A program made the translations under genes and the position numbers. A DNA stretch of 64,000 bases, from NCBI GenBank assembly GCA_030141605.1, contig JAQGDQ010000142.1, positions 447,333 to 511,332 on the forward strand, given 5' to 3'. Positions 59,001-64,000 of the stretch are shown piece after piece. Position 1 is the first letter of the stretch. Every line of letters starts with the position of its first letter. Source of the stretch: Tubiluchus corallicola. Lineage: Eukaryota > Animalia > Priapulida. The notes beneath the pieces are model-generated. The model was not told where the DNA came from and did not search any database. It was given only the letters and a program-made list of their open reading frames with translations.

Positions 59001-62000
59001 AGTATCAGCATCAGCACCAGTATCAGCATCAACACCAATATCGTCATATTAACCCCCAGCAAGTGCAAGATAAGCATCAACGTAAATTTCTTTATATTTA
59101 CAAAATCAAATTTATAAAAGATATATATACATATATATGATGTACTTAAAACAACTATTACCATTAGTAAAAGAATTAAGGAAAGAGTTAATAAAATTTA
59201 CATAACTGATCACTGATAGTACTTTAATACCACTTCTACTTTGTGTTCCATACAAATTAGAATTATTATCACACTTTTTCTGCACTTTTAAAGAGACAGT
59301 TCCAGCTTATACAAGGAATTTTACTTCATACATTGATTTTAAAAAGCAAGAACTTCACTGTACCTTTGAACTGTTGTTCAGTATGGTGATTTTGTCGAAA
59401 TTCTTGTAACTGGACCAGCAGTTCATCCATCTCCGTTAGGCTAGTCTCCAATCTGGACGTGCTCCCATCTAAGTCATGCCAACCTAAACAATGACACGGT
59501 CACCTCACAGAATCACAAAATATCGTGTGAGTTATTATATCATCATTCTGAGAAAAATCAATGGTGCCAAAGGATGCAATGGTTAGTAAGTCAAGTAATT
59601 TACTAACAATGGCTAGCAGTCAACCAATCTTACTAATTAGTAAGTCAAAGTGGAGTTAACACAACTTGCTCTGAATATAACTGCTAGATAAAACATTTGC
59701 ACATTGCTCAGCTGGTTAAAGAGCTCCCTGTCTCAGCGTAACAATTCATTTGGGTCTTTCTCAAAATTGACCCAGCACGCCATCCATCAAGCTTATGCTC
59801 ACTGACCTTCGCACTAAAGGTTGGTCAGTTTACTTAGCATGTGCAGCATTAGCATATCATTGACACTACTCTCTTCAGAAATGAAAATTACAGACAGTTT
59901 GTCACTTGACTGCAGAAATGCTGGGTCGGCTCACATGCTTCACATTTAAAAGAAAGCCGGACAATTGAGTAGAGATTAGTTCAAAATAAAGTATGCTTTA
60001 AAATATTAAAAACTACAATAGCTTTTTTTAAAATCAAAGCTTAGATTAAATAATAATTGCCTCGGATAGTTAAATTTTCTTAAACTTTCAAAGCTAAGTG
60101 CGTCTCACCGAATTAACTAAGACTTACAAGGTTTTTGTCACATAACGTGGCCAACAGATAGGCGCTGTACCGTGATAAGTATGGTCATGAACTATTGTGT
60201 TCGTCTGTGATGCCAGTGTGATGTACAGCTCATACGATAGCTGTGTTCGGTTGTGATTAGTTAATTTTCCAAGGTAATTATTCAAATATTAGAAGCAATT
60301 GCTAACTTTTATAAGCAGAAAGCAAATGTATATTTTGGAGAGAAAATTACAATGAGATTGAGTCTAATAAATCGTCTGGTTTTCCTTTAAACTTTTTCAG
60401 CAATTACGTGGTCTTTGATAGCAATAAAGCTTCCACCAACACTAACAGATAAAACAGAAGTACAAAATAACTTACAAGATGGTTCAATGTACTCTGGAGA
60501 TGATGTCTGCGGCATGCCTAGTCCTTTCATATTACCAGCATATACTCTAACGTAATACTTTTCCCCTATTACAAAATACAAACAAAATTCATGTAAGTAT
60601 ATGTTTGAATTACCACATTGTTGCCTTAAAAACTACCAGCTTGAAAAAGCAACCTAGCATGGTAAGAAGCAATAAGTGAGTGGTCACAGTGTGTTCTGGG
60701 TGAGCACTATTAAATAAAGCCAACCATGGTCAGTACACAGATGGGTGATCACTGGGAAAATGCTTTTGGCCAATTTATATCAGCCACACTGGCTCTAGAT
60801 CAGGTCATTTAAATTGCTAAGACAAAATGTACACGCATCCAAATGCGTCTGAAAGTCTGCGACTTATATCGGTTCAGCATCTCGTCTCATACTGTTGCTC
60901 TTGAGGATGAGCCAGATTCCAGTCCAGCCACAACTCCATTTGTACTAAGTAAGCTCTGCCACTTAGTTGCGCAAAACAGTTAAAAATGGTAAAATGTTTA
61001 GCTGAAGCTATAACAATAGGTGGCTCCTATGCAACAGTCTAAGTATTACTAAATAAGTACAAAAAATACATAGATAAATCAGTACATACAGTATTACTAA
61101 AAAAGTACAAAAGAATTACTAAATAACTACAAAAAGTATTACTAAATAGGTACAAAAAGTATTACTAATAAGTACAAAAAGTATTACTAAATAAGTACAA
61201 AAGTATTACTAAATAGGTACAAAAAGTATTACTAATAAGTACAAAAAGTATTACTAAATACGATTGCATTACTATTCTTACGAAGTATCTCATTTACTAT
61301 AACGGTTACAGAGTAAGTGACACACATGTACGAACCTTTATTAAGATTCCTGATTTCATATTCTTGCATTGTAGGATCAGTAATTCGTGATTCGCCTGCC
61401 AACCGGGAAAATTCTTCATCTAGACTCCACTCCACTGAAAAGAATTAAACGCTTAGAAAATTTACAGAGAGCCAAATATTAATTGCAGCAGAATGTGGGA
61501 ATCTTAGGACCAGGCTACTTGATCTCAGATTTATCTGATTTATCCTGGATTTTCATTTCTTTCTTTTATGTAAAAGAAAAAAATACATGTGACATTTTTC
61601 CTAGTAAGTGGAAGAAAAGGGTGCATACCAAAAAAATTTATGCACAAAGTGATGTTACGTAGCATTACGCTTCCCAGTTTGAAAGATTTATATAATTGGC
61701 AAAGAAAATCTCTAACAATTTAAAAAGTTCGTGCCAACTGGCAAAACGGCACTGCATCACCATCCCAGTGTGCACCACTGGCTCACTAATTTACACACTA
61801 TTAATCTTATTTTAACACATATTTTTGCTTAGTTAGTGAAGTGTATGCTACAAATGCTCTGATCATTTTTCAAACTTTAACGCAATCTCTGTATGCAATA
61901 AGACAGCATACAAGTGATATAAAATTTCAAGACGAATTTTTAGGCTTTTTTCAGGGGTGTTTTATTGTGATTTTTACATTTTTTATTAAAATTCCCCTAA

Positions 62001-62601
62001 TCGAAGCCCAGTGCCGGATTATAATAAAGTGTGAAAATACAAACATGGATCCGGCAAAATAAGACTGTTATAACTAATTGCCAGGAGGTATTTTATTAAA
62101 ATAAGTAAGATTGCGTTTAACAGGGAATCAATTTTATCGTGACAGATAAAAAATGTCTGAGGGGAAAAAGTAGCTTGTGTTCACATCTTCTTTTTTTATA
62201 AGCAAGATCTTGGACACAAAAGTGATCGTAAATGGTAAACATTGATGCTTGAGATGTAATAGCAAGAAATTAAGAGTCTAAATGTTTTCTTATGTGTTTG
62301 ACAATGTACTACATGATATAAATTTAGCTAGTTTTTTCATCTATATCTCGAATATTAGGGAAAAAATACGAACAAAAAATGAACAGTAGGCTTACTGATG
62401 CCCAACAAACAGTATGTGGCATATGTAAAAAATTAGAAAATTTTGCCTTGCCTAATGAGAAATAGTCATATTTGGAAAATGAGTTACCTTTATACCACGT
62501 GACCAATGCACCGTTACAATCTTCCGGTTCAGAAAAAGTGACGAGAATGGAGTCGGTACCACTTACGGTCAACTGGACATTGACGGGTGGATCAGGTGGA
62601 T
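47867..62601 (-). CDS. ANKFN1: Ankyrin repeat and fibronectin type III domain protein (ANKFN1 / wide awake / banderuola), 3' 15 exons; ankyrin exons not in the window
   Basis: Exons 62488-62601, 61336-61434, 60476-60565, 59364-59483, 57814-57913, 56697-56829, 56158-56271, 54616-54831, 53186-53352, 52700-52852, 52063-52217, 50887-50987, 50276-50410, 49475-49613, 47867-48273 join in frame with GT-AG. Contains an FN3 domain (YYVRVYAGNMKG), DFHWMMKVACTW, GLYLGYLKL.SSVD.IRV, IRENPHVS.EEW, and a C-terminal RA-like domain (ILRIFAAYDTGL..GASVKLHVTPRTTSREV). Confidence 0.92.
48382..49100. mobile_element. Tc1/pogo-like MITE with TA TSD and an internal ~118-bp tandem duplication
   Basis: TA|CAGCAAGTCCTCGCTTAAC...GTTAAGCGAGGACTTACTG|TA; duplicated block ~48657-48775 / 48776-48889. 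Confidence 0.85.
50642..50855. mobile_element. Palindromic MITE, same family as 44270-44472
   Basis: GGGCACGTTCAGACTAG...CTCGCTAGTCTGAACAC. Confidence 0.7.
51278..51837 (+). mobile_element. TTAA-flanked non-autonomous element, family B, copy 1
   Basis: TTAAAGGAAAG...CTTTCCTTTAA termini; inverted homolog at 55082-55567. Confidence 0.8.
53547..54145 (+). mobile_element. TTAA-flanked family A element, copy 5 (more diverged)
   Basis: TTAAAGGAAAACCGG...TTTTTCTTTAA; shared internal blocks. Confidence 0.75.
54401..54466 (-). other. tRNA-derived fragment (SINE head or tRNA pseudogene)
   Basis: Minus strand has A-box-like GCGGCCTAGTGA and B-box GGTTCGAATCCC; the anticodon arm is not intact. Confidence 0.5.
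55082..55567 (-). mobile_element. TTAA-flanked element, family B, copy 2 (inverted)
   Basis: Reverse complement matches 51278-51837 (e.g. GCTTAAACTAATTCAAACTTCTGC, CACGAGGCACTTAT). Confidence 0.8.
57968..58190 (+). mobile_element. tRNA-derived SINE
   Basis: A-box TAGTCTAGTGGTAA, B-box-like GTTCGATAC, followed by a core GGTCACGCCAAAGATTTTAAAAATGGTATTTGCTG and an A/T-rich tail. Confidence 0.6.
58964..59040. repeat. Hexanucleotide tandem repeat (CAGCAY/CAGTAT)
   Basis: Directly visible. Confidence 0.9.
61040..61260. repeat. ~22-23-bp minisatellite AAGTATTACTAAATAAGTACAAA
   Basis: Directly visible, about 9-10 units. Confidence 0.9.
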
Positions 62602-64000
62602 CTAAACAAATAAATTTGCAGCAGAAAATAAGAAGTATGTTGAACAGTGGTAAAAAACATTTTGAAATTAAGCATGGAAATCCCTAACTTGTTCCTGATG
62701 AAAGGCTAACTTATAAGCTTCTAAGGCTTCTAAACATTTATAAGCGATTTAATTGAATAAAATTAAGAAAGGCCTCCAACTTAGCCTATGAAGTAGCTTA
62801 GTCTGGTGTACACTTGCGTGATCGTACACACTGATTTATTGATTGCCTGCTTGCTACATCCAAGAGAACTGCCAGGAAAAACCAACCGATCAGCCAGGTA
62901 TAAATTAAAGTCGTCTCATTTTTAACAGCAATATCTCCTTAAAAATAGAGGAGACTTAAGGCCAAAGTTTATCGGAGTGATGTGTCTGGGGAGTTAAAAT
63001 TTTCATCATTAGCCGATTTCACGCAAGTGATACTGTACATTGTTATGGTGCAATCACAGTAGTTGCCGGATTTTTTTTCAACTTATTCCGCTAAAACAGA
63101 TTTTTAATTTGTCTAAGGTAGGGAAATGCATTTCACTTATAATTTTTCACTTTGTAATCGCTGGTTACTTAGTGAGGGCAGTTTTTCATGAACCTTGTGC
63201 AAAATGCAGCAAACTATTACAGTCCTGAAGGAGTTTTGAATGTTTAGAAGCCTTAGAAGCTTATAAGTTAGCCTTTCATCAAGAACAAGTTAGGGATTTC
63301 CATGCTTAATTTCAAAATGTTTTTTACCACTGTTCAACATACTTCTTATTTTCTGCTGCAAATTTATTTGTTTAGATCCACCTGATCCACCCGTCAATGT
63401 CCAGTTGACCGTAAGTGGTACCGACTCCATTCTCGTCACTTTTTCTGAACCGGAAGATTGTAACGGTGCATTGGTCACGTGGTATAAAGGTAACTCATTT
63501 TCCAAATATGACTATTTCTCATTAGGCAAGGCAAAGTTTTCTAATTTTTTACATATGCCACATACTGTTTGTTGGGCATCAGTAAGCCTACTGTTCATTT
63601 TTTGTTCGTATTTTTTCCCTAATATTCGAGATATAGATGAAAAAACTAGCTAAATTTATATCATGTAGTACATTGTCAAACACATAAGAAAACATTTAGA
63701 CTCTTAATTTCTTGCTATTACATCTCAAGCATCAATGTTTACCATTTACGATCACTTTTGTGTCCAAGATCTTGCTTATAAAAAAAGATGTGAACACAAG
63801 CCACTTTTTCCCCTCAGACATTTTTTATCTGTCACGATAAAATTGATTCCCTGTTAAACACAATCTTACTTATTTTAATAAAATACCTCCTGGCAATTAG
63901 TTATAACAGTCTTATTTTGCCGGATCCGTGTTTGTATTTTCACACTTTATTATAATCCGGCACTGGGCTTCGATTAGAGGTATTTTAATAAAAAATGTAA
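61974..64000. repeat. Large inverted duplication: arms 61974-62738 and 63239-64000(+), 500-bp spacer
   Basis: Arms are reverse complements with about 7 substitutions and one 3-nt indel by eye; mirrored ORFs 62324-62572/63405-63653 and 62472-62687/63290-63505. Confidence 0.97.
63376..63489 (+). other. Inverted copy of the ANKFN1 FN3 exon with intact splice sites
   Basis: TTTAG|ATCCACCTGATCCA...TGGTATAAAG|GTAACT, identical to the reverse complement of 62488-62601. Confidence 0.9.

Noticed and set aside
60655-60765. 5S rRNA-like motif (TGGTCAGTACACAGATGGGTGATCACTGGGAA)
   Set aside because: Too short and degenerate for an rRNA gene; more likely an old SINE fragment, with a similar piece near 56600-56645.
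62739-63238. Upstream ANKFN1 (ankyrin) exon in the inverted-repeat spacer
   Set aside because: No open frame with suitable splice sites and ankyrin motifs was found on either strand.

Overview
AT-rich invertebrate metazoan genomic DNA with spliceosomal introns; not prokaryotic. Genes reconstructed by hand from splice sites and reading-frame continuity: a TSSK-like Ser/Thr kinase (-, 6 exons, last exon outside the window) head-to-head with UBALD1/2 (+, 3 exons); MGST1-like (+, 3 exons) with an intronless CHST-family sulfotransferase nested antisense in intron 2; intronless UNC93A (+) and a truncated, frameshifted duplicate; arylsulfatase G (-, 10 exons) with a decayed tandem duplicate of exon 8; an intronless 297-aa orphan ORF carrying a RIF1-like SILK+RVxF PP1-docking module; and the 3' 15 exons of ANKFN1/wide awake (-), one of which lies inside a ~99% identical inverted duplication of at least 760 bp. 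Introns and intergenic DNA carry many non-autonomous DNA transposons (TTAA-flanked, hAT, Tc1/pogo, palindromic MITEs), LINE/SINE remnants and microsatellites. All family assignments come from recognised motifs, not from database searches.
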